Part shown: piece after piece, positions 1 through 9,368 of the stretch
How positions within the stretch are numbered: position 1 is the stretch's first letter
How the letters are laid out: each line of letters opens with the position of its first letter
Assembly: GCA_963702005.1 (NCBI GenBank)
Contig: OY969696.1
Span: forward strand, 2,272,001-2,336,000
DNA from: Candidatus Aminicenantes bacterium
GTDB lineage: Bacteria; Acidobacteriota; Aminicenantia; Aminicenantales; JAFGBC01
Direction: 5' to 3'
Length of the DNA stretch: 64,000 bases
Made by a program: the position numbers and the translations under genes
Notes under the pieces: model-generated
What the model was told of the DNA's origin: nothing
The model's database searches: none
The model's input: the letters and a program-made list of their open reading frames with translations, nothing else

Positions 1-525
1 CTCGTCTTCGGCATCCGCTTCCTGCGGGCCCAGACTCTTCAGAGGCAGAGCCGCGTCGTGAGCGATCTCCTCAGTCTGAGGGCCGACCTGGACAAGGATC
101 CCAAGAAGCTGGCCGATCTGGAGAAGAAAGCCGGCGACGGCAAGTTCGAGCGTTTCGGCTATATTCTCCTCGGGACCTATTGGATGGACAACGGGGACTT
201 GGCCAAGGCGGAGGCGGCCTTCCGTAAGATCAAGGATCGTCCCAGGGACCTGACTTACTATCAGGCCCAGGATCTGCTCGGCCAGATCGCCTTCCTTCGC
301 AAGGACTACGACGGCGCCGTCAAGATCTATGAGGCGGTCGAGAAGGACAGGCTCGGGGAATACGCCCTGGACGCGATCCTCTTCCACAAGGCCGAGGCCC
401 TGGAAAAGAAAGGCGACAAGGCCGCCGCCCTGGCCCTTTACAAGAAACTCCAGGAGACCTACAGCCAGACCTACTTCGGCTACGATGCGTCTTTCAAGGT
501 TCGAAAGCTCGAAGCCGGCGAATAG
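1..525 (+). CDS. Tetratricopeptide-repeat protein, 5'-truncated by the window
   Basis: Frame is open from base 1; TPR-like helices (LGQIAFLRKDYDGAVKIYE, KAEALEKKGDKAAALALYKKL). Confidence 0.7.
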   Translation, partial: LVFGIRFLRAQTLQRQSRVVSDLLSLRADLDKDPKKLADLEKKAGDGKFERFGYILLGTYWMDNGDLAKAEAAFRKIKDRPRDLTYYQAQDLLGQIAFLRKDYDGAVKIYEAVEKDRLGEYALDAILFHKAEALEKKGDKAAALALYKKLQETYSQTYFGYDASFKVRKLEAGE

Positions 526-534
526 CCGCCGGCC

Positions 535-563
535 TTGGTGACGGCCCGGAAAACGGGTATAAT
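535..563 (+). promoter_or_regulatory. Sigma70-like promoter for the ferredoxin gene
   Basis: TTGGTG(535-540)-N17-TATAAT(558-563), followed by a GAGGAGG RBS before ATG 595. Confidence 0.55.
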
Positions 564-594
564 ACAAACTCACACTAAGCGAGGAGGTTCTTCA

Positions 595-840
595 ATGGCA
601 TTCGTGATCACCGAAGAATGCATCAACTGCGGCGCCTGCGAGCCCGAGTGCCCCAATCAGGCTATCTCGGCCGGGGATGAGCGCTATGTCATCGACCCCG
701 CCAAGTGCACCCAGTGCGTCGGCCATTTCGACGAGCCCCAGTGCGCGGCCGTCTGCCCCGTGGACTCCTGCAAGCCCGACCCGGAACATCCCGAGTCCCG
801 GGAAGCGCTGATGGCAAAGTACAACAAGCTCCACGGATAA
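595..840 (+). CDS. YfhL-family 2x[4Fe-4S] ferredoxin
   Basis: [12 protein letters not shown] and [18 protein letters not shown] motifs; strong RBS. Confidence 0.92.
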   Translation: MAFVITEECINCGACEPECPNQAISAGDERYVIDPAKCTQCVGHFDEPQCAAVCPVDSCKPDPEHPESREALMAKYNKLHG

Positions 841-862
841 GCCGGCCACCGAAATAGTATGT

Positions 863-897
863 AAATAGGAGTGAGACCTTTCACTCCTATTTTTTTT
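863..897 (+). terminator. Rho-independent terminator
   Basis: Stem AAATAGGAGTGA/TCACTCCTATTT, 6-nt loop, T-run. Confidence 0.8.
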
Positions 898-904
898 ATC
901 GGCC

Positions 905-1852
905 ATGGACGGCCTCAGAACCTTCTTCGACAAGCCGCGGGTCTGGCTCAACGGGCTCCTGTTCGGCCTGACCGCCGTCTCAACCTTTGCGGTCGGGCTC
1001 GGCTGGAGCCTGAGCTACGTCCATGCCGACGCCTTGGCCGCCGATACGCCGCCGGCATTGACCGCCCAAGCCTTGCGCGATCCCCGCGTCCTCGGCCTGA
1101 GCGCCTTCTATGTCCTCGTCCTCCTCGCCATCCTGCTCGCCCATGAATTCGGCCATTACCTGACCTGCCGCCGCTACGGAATCAGCGCGACCCTGCCGTT
1201 TTTCATCCCGGCGCCCAGCCTGATCGGGACGATGGGGGCTTTCATCCGGATCCGGTCGCCGATCACGAGGCGGCAGCAGCTTTTCGACATCGGAGCGGCC
1301 GGCCCCCTGGCCGGCTTTATCCTGGCCCTGCCCGCTCTCGTCTGGGGATTGGCCCATTCCCGGGTCGTTTCGGCCATTCCCCCCGGCGGAGCGATCGTCT
1401 TCGGGGAGCCGCTCCTCCTCAAGGCGATCGGGTCCGTCCTATTCAGAGGAATCGGGCCGGACAAAGATATCATCCTCCATCCCGTCGCCTTCGCGGGCTG
1501 GGTCGGGATCCTGGTCACGGCCCTCAACTTGATCCCTCTCGGACAGCTCGACGGCGGCCACATCATCTATGCCGTCTTCGGGCCCCGGGCCCGCCGGATC
1601 TCGGTTTTTTTCTTGGCCGCCTTCGTGGTCATGTCCGTTTTATTCTGGGTCGGTTGGATCGTATGGGCCCTGCTCATTCTCGTCCTGGGATTGCAACATC
1701 CGAAGCTCATGGAGGAGGAATCCCGGCTTTCGGCGTCGCGTAAAGCCTTCGCTATCATCATCCTCGTCATCTTCATCCTATCTTTCATCCCCGACCCGGT
1801 CAAAGGCTACGACCTCATCACACTTCTCAGGCAAATCGGGCTTAGAATATGA
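905..1852 (+). CDS. Site-2 protease (M50) membrane metalloprotease
   Basis: HEFGH zinc motif, AGPLAG, NLIPLGQLDGGH, multiple TM segments. Confidence 0.92.
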   Translation: MDGLRTFFDKPRVWLNGLLFGLTAVSTFAVGLGWSLSYVHADALAADTPPALTAQALRDPRVLGLSAFYVLVLLAILLAHEFGHYLTCRRYGISATLPFFIPAPSLIGTMGAFIRIRSPITRRQQLFDIGAAGPLAGFILALPALVWGLAHSRVVSAIPPGGAIVFGEPLLLKAIGSVLFRGIGPDKDIILHPVAFAGWVGILVTALNLIPLGQLDGGHIIYAVFGPRARRISVFFLAAFVVMSVLFWVGWIVWALLILVLGLQHPKLMEEESRLSASRKAFAIIILVIFILSFIPDPVKGYDLITLLRQIGLRI

Positions 1853-1882
1853 TATATTCGGATGAGGACAGCGTTGCCGCAG

Positions 1883-2050
1883 TTATTCACAGAAGTTGTG
1901 GAAAACTTGTGGAAAAACAGCCCGGGATTCGCGGCAAGCTCCGAGGATTATTGAAGATATGACGATCTGCACAAGAAGTTGTTCATGGTTGCTAAGTCAT
2001 TTAAAATGAATAAATTAATATCTGTTTAGGTATCAAGAATTTACATGTAA
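1883..2050. promoter_or_regulatory. DnaA-box-like cluster with adjacent AT-rich tract (candidate oriC or DnaA-binding site)
   Basis: TTATTCACA 1883-1891, TGTGGAAAA 1897-1905 and 1908-1916; AT-rich ~1994-2050. Confidence 0.5.
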
Positions 2051-2091
2051 CCTACGGGATTTGAAGGAGATAAATTCCGAGAGACGCGCCC

Positions 2092-2865
2092 ATGGACAAG
2101 TTCAAAGAGGTCGAGGATAAGCTTCAGGGCCTCAAGGACCGCCTCCGCCGCCGCGAGATCAGCCAGACCGAGTTCGTCGAAGCTCTGAAGAAACTCCGTC
2201 TCACCGATCAGGAGGGCCGGTTCTGGACCATCGGCGTCAAAACCGGCAAGTGGTATTTCTATAACGGCGCGAAGTGGGTCGAATCCGAGTCGCCCGCCTT
2301 CTCGGAGAAAAGGGCCATCTGCATCTATTGCGGCTTCGAGAACAGTCTTGAAGCGGAATCCTGCGTGCGCTGCGGCGTAGGAATGGGGGAAGCCGATGCC
2401 TTTTGCCCCGCCTGCGGGTTCCGTCTCGACGAGACCTCGGGACTCTGCCCGCGCTGTTCGAGCCAGCCCCTGGAGCGATTCGCGGAACCGGGGCCTTTTA
2501 CGGCCGAGTCCGCGGATGAGGGCGGAACGACCGTCGTCTTCCGGTCCCTATCCCCGGTTTCTTTCCTTCTCTATGCCGGGGTTCTGGGCCTTTTCCTGGG
2601 CATTCTACTCGGCGCGCTGACCGGCGCTACGGCGTCCTTTCCCGATTTCGTCGGCCGCCTGCCCCAATTCTTCATAGACATCCAGGGCAAGATGGTCGGG
2701 ACCTTGATTTATGCCGTGCTGGGGGCCTTCCTCGGGTTCATCGTCGCCGGGATCGTAGGATTTACGACAGCCGTCCTCCTCAACCTGACGTCTTATTTCA
2801 TCGGCGGGTTCAGGATCCGGCTGGCCCCGGTCAAAGGGAAGCCCGGGCGCGGCCGCGGGGCTTGA
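2092..2865 (+). CDS. Double zinc-ribbon domain membrane protein
   Basis: Four CxxC pairs (CIYC, CVRC, CPAC, CPRC) and two C-terminal hydrophobic segments. Confidence 0.75.
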   Translation: MDKFKEVEDKLQGLKDRLRRREISQTEFVEALKKLRLTDQEGRFWTIGVKTGKWYFYNGAKWVESESPAFSEKRAICIYCGFENSLEAESCVRCGVGMGEADAFCPACGFRLDETSGLCPRCSSQPLERFAEPGPFTAESADEGGTTVVFRSLSPVSFLLYAGVLGLFLGILLGALTGATASFPDFVGRLPQFFIDIQGKMVGTLIYAVLGAFLGFIVAGIVGFTTAVLLNLTSYFIGGFRIRLAPVKGKPGRGRGA

Positions 2866-5170
2866 GTTTTCCCGATTTTCCCAACGTAGCCAGGGCATAG
2901 GCCGCCTGTCCCAGCGATAGCGATTCATCGTTGGGAGAATAGTGGACCGAACGCAGGACCTGGAATCCCTTTCGCTCAAGCCCGGCCCTCGTCCTGTCAA
3001 GAAGCTTCCGGTTGAGGAAGACCCCCCCCGCCAATGAGACGACGTCTATCCCGTAAGCCCGGCGGACGCGCTCGGCGGTCTGTACAATAACTCGGGCCAA
3101 GGTGTTATGGAATTTGGAAGCCATGATTTCGACCGGCGTCTTCCGTTCGAGTTCATCAAGAATCTGCCGGAAGAGGGGGGCGAACGAGATCGTCCATGGC
3201 TCCGAGGCGCCGCTCATTGAGAAATCGTAGCGGGTCCTGGTCGGAGAAACGGCCCGGGCTTCGAGCCGCTGGGGAGCCTCGGCCTCATACTCGACCCGGG
3301 CGGGCGCGAGGCCGACCAGGAACGAGACGGCGTCGAAGAGCCGTCCGCAGCTTGAAGTCCTTAGGAAGGGCTTGCCGAGAGAAAGAAGCTTGGCCAGCCG
3401 GTCGATCCGATCCGCTTTGACTTGGGCAAAGGCGCGCGGCAGGCGCTTCCCGATCACCCCGGAGCGATGAAGGTGGGCGAGGGCCATCCGCCAAGGCTCG
3501 CGCGCGGCCAAGTCGCCGCCGGGGAGCGGGACGTACTCGAAATGGGCCAGCCTCCGGTAGGAGCGGTAATCAATGAGCAGGAATTCGCCGCCCCAAGCCT
3601 GGCCGTCGTCGCCGTAGCCGTAGCCGTCAAGGGCGATCCCCAGGGCTCGGCCCTCGAGGTCGACCCGATGTTCGAGGAGCGGGGCCAGGACATGGGCGAA
3701 ATGATGCTGAACCTGGAGATGGGGAATCGCCAGCGAGCGGGCGAAGCGCGTCGTCCGAAAGTCGGGATGAAGGTCGGAGACGACGACATCGGGTTCGATG
3801 GCGAAAAGCCTCTTGAGGTGGGCCAGGGTCTCTTTGAAATAGCCGTAGTTTCGATAGTCGTCGAGGTCGCCCAGGAACTGGCTCGTGACGACGCGTCCGT
3901 TTTTATAGAGCGACACTGTGTCCTTGAGCTCGCCCCCCAAGGCCAGCACTTGGGCGGAACGGGTCAGGCTGTCCGGGACCCGCTGGGGGTAGGGCACATA
4001 GCCCCGGGCGCGCCGGAAAAACAGCGGACCGTCGGCCGCCAGCTTGAGGACCGAATCGTCCGACCTGGTCTCAATGGGCCTGTTGTGATCCAGAATTCGA
4101 TCCGCGAGCCGGCCGACCCCTTCTGAGGCGTCCTTCATGATCGGGGCGTCCTTGGGATTCGAGCTCGTGGCGACGACGAAGGGGATATCGCGGAGAAGGA
4201 GATAGTGGAGGGGCGTAGAGGGCAGCATAATGCCGAGCTCGTCCAGGCCGGGCGCGATCGCCGCGATATCCTTTTTCTTGCGAAGGAGCACGATCGGCCT
4301 TTGGGGTGAGGCCAAGGCCTCCCGCTCGGCCGGTCTCAGGACGGCGTACCGTTCGACGACCGCGAGGTCGGCGGCCATCAGGGCGAGGGGCTTCCGTTGC
4401 CGGGCTTTAATCTTTCTTAGGCGGGCGACGGCGGCCCCGTTCAAGGCGTCGCACATCAGATGAAAGCCGCCCAGTCCCTTGACGGCCAGGACGCGGCCTT
4501 TTTTGAGCCAGGCGGAGGCCGCCTCGATCCCGCCGGCGAGGTCTCTCCCGGCGGCGTCGCGGAGAGTCACTCGCGGTCCGCAGACAGGGCAGGCGATTGG
4601 TTGGGCGTGGTATCTACGGTCGAGCGGGTCCCGGTACTCGCGACGGCAGTCCCCGCACATCCGGAAGGCGGCCATGGTCGTTGCGGGCCGGTCGTAAGGC
4701 AGGGACTTGACGATCGTGTAGCGGGGCCCGCAATCCGTGCAGTTGGCGAAGGGGTAGAGGTGCCTGCGGTCTCCCGGCTTCAGGACTTCCGACAGGCAGG
4801 CGTCGCAGACGGAGATATCGGGAGAGATGAAGACGAACTTCGCGCCGCCGGCCGAGGGTTTGATGCTGAAATCGGCCGGGCCGGCGGGCCGGACCCGGCG
4901 GACGGACACATCTTCGATAAGGGCCAGCGGCGGGAGCTCCTTATGCAGCCGCTCCAGGAATTCGCGGACGGCTGAAGCCCGGCCGCCCTCCAGGTGGATC
5001 TCGACCCCCCGGCCCAGGTTCTTGACCCAACCCTTGAGCCCGAGGCCGACGGCCAGCCTGTAGACGAACGGTCTGAATCCCACGCCCTGGACGACGCCCC
5101 TGGCAAGAGCCCGAACCGCGGACGTTCGGCCGGCCGACGCCGGCCTCGGCCTCGCGTCCTCAGCTCCCAT
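2831..5170 (-). CDS. hypF: Carbamoyltransferase HypF (hydrogenase maturation)
   Basis: GVVQGVGFRPFVY acylphosphatase domain, NCTDCGPRY zinc fingers, VKGLGGFHL, QHHFAH, TSSCGRLFDAV; start placed at ATG 5170 overlapping the queH stop. Confidence 0.95.
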   Translation of the reverse strand: MGAEDARPRPASAGRTSAVRALARGVVQGVGFRPFVYRLAVGLGLKGWVKNLGRGVEIHLEGGRASAVREFLERLHKELPPLALIEDVSVRRVRPAGPADFSIKPSAGGAKFVFISPDISVCDACLSEVLKPGDRRHLYPFANCTDCGPRYTIVKSLPYDRPATTMAAFRMCGDCRREYRDPLDRRYHAQPIACPVCGPRVTLRDAAGRDLAGGIEAASAWLKKGRVLAVKGLGGFHLMCDALNGAAVARLRKIKARQRKPLALMAADLAVVERYAVLRPAEREALASPQRPIVLLRKKKDIAAIAPGLDELGIMLPSTPLHYLLLRDIPFVVATSSNPKDAPIMKDASEGVGRLADRILDHNRPIETRSDDSVLKLAADGPLFFRRARGYVPYPQRVPDSLTRSAQVLALGGELKDTVSLYKNGRVVTSQFLGDLDDYRNYGYFKETLAHLKRLFAIEPDVVVSDLHPDFRTTRFARSLAIPHLQVQHHFAHVLAPLLEHRVDLEGRALGIALDGYGYGDDGQAWGGEFLLIDYRSYRRLAHFEYVPLPGGDLAAREPWRMALAHLHRSGVIGKRLPRAFAQVKADRIDRLAKLLSLGKPFLRTSSCGRLFDAVSFLVGLAPARVEYEAEAPQRLEARAVSPTRTRYDFSMSGASEPWTISFAPLFRQILDELERKTPVEIMASKFHNTLARVIVQTAERVRRAYGIDVVSLAGGVFLNRKLLDRTRAGLERKGFQVLRSVHYSPNDESLSLGQAAYALATLGKSGKLKPRGRARASL

Positions 5171-5723
5171 GGGTTTCGCTCCTACGGCTGAAAAGACATC
5201 CGCAGTAATCTTGACGGTAGAGGCCATGGGCCCGGCTTAGTTCGACGCTCTTCTTGAAGCCGTCCTTCTTTTTAAAATTCGCCTCTAGGAACGGAACCCC
5301 GTGGCGACGGCCCAACATCGTCCCCATCCGGTTCAGGGCTTCGGCCTTTTTCCGGGGGCTGACGCTCATGATGGTCGTGAACAGGTCGAAGCCGTCCCGG
5401 GCGGCCGTCTCGGCCGTCCGTTTGAGCCTCATGGCGTAGCAGATGAGGCAGCGACGCCCCATCTCGGGTTCTTTCCGGAACTTGGCGGTCAGCTCCAGCC
5501 AGCGCTCTTCGTCGGGAGGCTCCTCGATGAGCTTGAAGCCGAGCGTCCGGGCGACCTTGCTCAACTCCTCGAGTCTCAGGAGGTATTCTTCGCGCGGCTG
5601 GATGTTGGGATTGTAGAAAAAGCCCGTAACCCGGTACTCCGCCTGAAGCAGTCCCACGACATAGAGGGAATCGGGCGCGCAACAGAGGTGGGCCAGGATC
5701 CTCGGCTTTTCCACGCCCCCCAT
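5160..5723 (-). CDS. queH: Epoxyqueuosine reductase QueH
   Basis: HLCCAPDS, FYNPNIQP, RCLICY, YRQDYCGC motifs. Confidence 0.9.
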   Translation of the reverse strand: MGGVEKPRILAHLCCAPDSLYVVGLLQAEYRVTGFFYNPNIQPREEYLLRLEELSKVARTLGFKLIEEPPDEERWLELTAKFRKEPEMGRRCLICYAMRLKRTAETAARDGFDLFTTIMSVSPRKKAEALNRMGTMLGRRHGVPFLEANFKKKDGFKKSVELSRAHGLYRQDYCGCLFSRRSETHGS

Positions 5724-5728
5724 TTTAC

Positions 5729-5832
5729 CGGAATTCGGGGGACACATCACTTATTTCACGAATTGTTCTAAGTAATAAGATGAGGGTCCGGCGCGGGGCA
5801 GGGGAATTAAGTCGTGTGTCCCCTGAATTCCG
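5729..5832. repeat. Family A inverted-repeat element, degenerate left arm, ~48-nt spacer
   Basis: CGGAATTCGGGGGACACATCACTTATTT (5729-5756) ... AATTAAGTCGTGTGTCCCCTGAATTCCG (5805-5832). Confidence 0.85.
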
Positions 5833-6733
5833 TATCCGAGGAATTGCGAAGGGATTCGATCCTGGCCGCCACGTCCTTGATTGTCTTGTCGAGCCGGTCG
5901 ATCTTGGAGTAGAGGCCGACCAGTTCCAGGTTGTCGGGCCGTTCCTCGTTGACGATCGCTCCCAAAGTCTCGTACAGGGGGTCCATGAGCCGCTCCGTCT
6001 CCCGGATGCGGTCTTGGATGCGGTCCTTGTCCTTTCCCCATTCCCGGATCTCGGCCTCGAGCGACCGGATCTGGACCCGGCCCTTTTCGCGGATGTCCGC
6101 GATGCGGTTGTCCATCTCCTCGAGGGCTTTTTGGACGCCGTCCATCTCCCCGGTCAAAGCGTCCCTGTCCTTCCGCGGCCCCGCCAGCCGGGCCTCCAGG
6201 ACATCCGCCGCCTCCGTACCGGTCCCGCCCTTCTCGGCGGCCTTGATGTCCTTCTCAACGGCTTTGCCCTTCTCCTTGAGTTCGCGCCAGCGGATCTCGT
6301 GGGGCTTCTTCTTTCCTTCTTCCTCCGCGGCTTCGCGCTCGTTGAGATCCTTGAATTCCTCGAGCTTCTTGTGGAGGGTTTCCAAGCGGGCGAATACATC
6401 CTGCCATTCATTTTGCAGGGAGCGCCGTTTGTCCTCGAGGACGCGGAGCTCCTTCACGATGGACTCGGATTGGGCCGGCTGCAGGTCCAGGCTCCAGGCT
6501 TTCTTCCCGATATCCTTGATGAAGCCGAGCCTTCTCTGTTTTTCCCGCTTGAGCCTGACCTGGAGTTGAAGCCGAATGAGCCTGCGTTTTCCCCCGCTCA
6601 AGAGGTAGTTGAGACGCCGGCGCAGGTCCTTATCGCGGAGAAAAATGAAGGTGACGAGCAGGATGATGACGAAGATGAGGAGCCAGAAGGTCCAGTAAGG
6701 AAGACCCTCCCGGGGAAGCGCGTCCTGAAGCAC
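5807..6733 (-). CDS. Hypothetical membrane-anchored coiled-coil protein
   Basis: One N-terminal TM helix then long E/K/R-rich heptads; last codons and stop lie inside a family A arm. Confidence 0.7.
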   Translation of the reverse strand: MLQDALPREGLPYWTFWLLIFVIILLVTFIFLRDKDLRRRLNYLLSGGKRRLIRLQLQVRLKREKQRRLGFIKDIGKKAWSLDLQPAQSESIVKELRVLEDKRRSLQNEWQDVFARLETLHKKLEEFKDLNEREAAEEEGKKKPHEIRWRELKEKGKAVEKDIKAAEKGGTGTEAADVLEARLAGPRKDRDALTGEMDGVQKALEEMDNRIADIREKGRVQIRSLEAEIREWGKDKDRIQDRIRETERLMDPLYETLGAIVNEERPDNLELVGLYSKIDRLDKTIKDVAARIESLRNSSDTEFRGHTT

Positions 6734-6772
6734 CCGAATACTATTCTCCCTTGTCGCTTTTTTGTCAATCCG

Positions 6773-8044
6773 TTATTTAGGGCCGTCGAGCTTGCCTTTC
6801 TTGGGCTGGGGGGGACGGTTGGGCTTCTCCCCGTTTCCGGACGCTTGGTACTTCTGACAGGCGTCATCGATGAGAAAGAGCATGGCCGGCAGGTTCTCGG
6901 CGAAGACGGTCTGGATGTCGTTTTCGGCATTCATGAAGCCGCCGTGGACGAAGTCCAGGGGAGGGAGCTCGATCGTGAAGGCGGGGATGCCCAGAGTTCC
7001 GGAGGCAAAATCGACGGTGTCTCCGTTGGTGAGGTAGAGCAGGGAGGCGGCTTCCGGCGTGTAGTCTCTTCCGTTGACGGGGCGGATGAGCTCGGCCATG
7101 CGCCCGGCCAGGGCGGCGTATTCGGCGGCTTTCGGCGCCGGCAGGGTGGTCCATCCCCAGGCGTAGAGGATGAGCTGGGAATAGCTGTGGTAGCTGACGA
7201 CGACCCGGAAATCCCGGGCTTCGCACAGGCCGCGAATGATCCTCGTCTCGGGCTCGGAGAAAGGCTCCCGGCCGCGGAAGACATCCGAGGACGGATCCGG
7301 ACTCGAGCCCTCGTTGTCGACGCCCCACATATAGCCGTAGTTCCGGTTGAGGTCGACGCCGAAACTCCCGTCGACGTTGAAGCGCCGGTTCTTGCGCCAC
7401 CAGCGGTAAGTTTGGATCGAGTACTCCAGGCCGTCGGGGTTGACGAGCGGAATGATCCAGATTTCGGCCGAATCCACCAGCTTGCGGGCGGTTTCGTTCG
7501 TCCTGTACTCTCCGGTCAGGAAATGGGCGAGAAGAAGCGGAACTTCGACCGAAATCCATTCCCGGGCGTGGTGACAGCCCAGGAACAGGACCTCGGGCTC
7601 GTCCTCGTCGCGGTCGGGATGGTCGCTGATCTTAAGGGCGTAGATGGTCCGGCCTTCGAGCGTCGTCCCGAGCCGAGACAGCCTGGCTATCGCCGGATAG
7701 GCGCGTTCGATGCTCAGGAGATCCTGCTCGAGCTCGACGTAAGAGTGATAGGCGCCGTTGAGTCCGCCTTGGGATGCGGCGCCGGGGGGCGGGGGCGGGG
7801 CCAAGCGCGCCGTTTCGAAGGCGAAGGGGACGCCGAGGCTTCGAAGCCGGGGAAGGTCTCCGGGGGCGAGCACGAGGTAAATTTTATGATCCCATTCCAT
7901 GAGGCGGTCGAGGGGCGTCCGGGCCAGCTTGATCCTGTTTTCCTCGGTCGCCCGGACCGAGACGATATCTTGGGACCGGGCGGTTGTCGCAGGGACGGTC
8001 CATCCCAGGATCAAGAATAGGATCGCGGCGGCGGCTCGTTTCAT
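6773..8044 (-). CDS. Secreted M14 zinc carboxypeptidase (carboxypeptidase T-like)
   Basis: Signal peptide; HAREW, NPDG, WRKNR, GVDLNRN, FSEPET, HSYS, FTIEL. Confidence 0.92.
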   Translation of the reverse strand: MKRAAAAILFLILGWTVPATTARSQDIVSVRATEENRIKLARTPLDRLMEWDHKIYLVLAPGDLPRLRSLGVPFAFETARLAPPPPPGAASQGGLNGAYHSYVELEQDLLSIERAYPAIARLSRLGTTLEGRTIYALKISDHPDRDEDEPEVLFLGCHHAREWISVEVPLLLAHFLTGEYRTNETARKLVDSAEIWIIPLVNPDGLEYSIQTYRWWRKNRRFNVDGSFGVDLNRNYGYMWGVDNEGSSPDPSSDVFRGREPFSEPETRIIRGLCEARDFRVVVSYHSYSQLILYAWGWTTLPAPKAAEYAALAGRMAELIRPVNGRDYTPEAASLLYLTNGDTVDFASGTLGIPAFTIELPPLDFVHGGFMNAENDIQTVFAENLPAMLFLIDDACQKYQASGNGEKPNRPPQPKKGKLDGPK

Positions 8045-9286
8045 TTAAAGCCCGTATCCGAGGGCCAGGGCCGCTCGGTTCGTCCGCAGTTTCCGGCCCG
8101 AACCGTTCTCGGTCCCGAATGAAGCCCCGATGTCGAGCGAGAGATGATCCCAGACGAGGCCGGTCCCGACCGTCCATCCGAGGTAGCCGGACCTGGGGTC
8201 CTTCATGGGCTGAGGGTCGTAGACGATCCCGGCGCGGAAGGGGAGCGTCAGGTTCAAGCCCCAAACCCGGATTTCGGACAGATATTCGGCCCCGGCGCCG
8301 AGCTTCCATGCGTTCCGGAAGGCCCGCGTCTTCGTCTCGTCGAAATAGCGAAATTCGTAGGAAGTCCAATTCAGAAACGTCAAATCGGCGGCCAAGCGGA
8401 GCTGGGGGAGCACCGTCCAGCTGACCCCGGCCCCGGCCGCCATCGGTAAGCGGCTTTTGTCCCGAGATGAGGCTCTAATGGAGATGGATGTTGCCCCCGA
8501 AACGGGCGTATAGTTCAAGGTGCTTGCCGAGTCGGATTTCACGACGAACGGCGCCCGGAGGGCGAACCCCAGCCGGAGGCCGGCCAGAGGCTCCCAGGAT
8601 ACGCCGCCGTTTATAAAGAAACCGGACAGATCCTGATGACGATCATCGTGGATTACAAAGCCCGCATAAGCGTAATCTTCTTCGGAGCTCAGCTCCGTCG
8701 TTCCCGACAGCAGCCCGACGCCTAAGCCGATCGAGAGGCCGGGGCGAAGTTCTCCGGCCAAGGCCAGATGAACGGTCCTAAGAATCCCCTTCTGATGCCA
8801 GCGGAAACTGTAGAGGAAGCGGCTCCCTTCGTAGTAATCGAAGGCGACCTTGGGCCGGTCGTAGACTTCGACCAGGGCCGCGTTGAGGGCGACGGCCCAG
8901 CGGCCGAAGCGGAACGCCAACCCGCCCCAGTCGAGGGCGGAGACGTCGATCGTCAGATTCCCTTGAGTCGTAAAAACTCCGGTGTTGATCGGGCCGAACC
9001 GGAAGATCGCCGCCTGGCGCCGGGAACCGTTCAAGCCCAAAGTCAGCTTGGCAAGCCGGGTCAACAGGGCCGGATTGCCGAGGGCGCAGGAGGGGTCGGA
9101 GGCGAAGGCATAGCCGGTTTCGCCCCGTCCCAAGGACGGTGCCGTCAGAAAAGGAAACGTATTCCAGGTCCCGGCCGGCGCCTCGATCTCATACTGTCCC
9201 ATGACGAGCTGGGCCCGGCCCGGAACGGGAAGGGCGGCCAGCCCCAGGGCGACAAGACAAGGGATGAGGCGGGGGAACGTCCTCAT
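8045..9286 (-). CDS. Outer-membrane beta-barrel, FadL/OmpP1-like
   Basis: Signal peptide, N-terminal GNPALL hatch-like motif, amphipathic strands, C-terminal GYGL. Confidence 0.65.
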   Translation of the reverse strand: MRTFPRLIPCLVALGLAALPVPGRAQLVMGQYEIEAPAGTWNTFPFLTAPSLGRGETGYAFASDPSCALGNPALLTRLAKLTLGLNGSRRQAAIFRFGPINTGVFTTQGNLTIDVSALDWGGLAFRFGRWAVALNAALVEVYDRPKVAFDYYEGSRFLYSFRWHQKGILRTVHLALAGELRPGLSIGLGVGLLSGTTELSSEEDYAYAGFVIHDDRHQDLSGFFINGGVSWEPLAGLRLGFALRAPFVVKSDSASTLNYTPVSGATSISIRASSRDKSRLPMAAGAGVSWTVLPQLRLAADLTFLNWTSYEFRYFDETKTRAFRNAWKLGAGAEYLSEIRVWGLNLTLPFRAGIVYDPQPMKDPRSGYLGWTVGTGLVWDHLSLDIGASFGTENGSGRKLRTNRAALALGYGL

Positions 9287-9368
9287 GATCGAAAATTTTA
9301 TCCGCCCGGCTCTTTATTTGCAAATGGAAAATGGCTATACTATTTGAAATTCCAGGGATGGTGTCATC

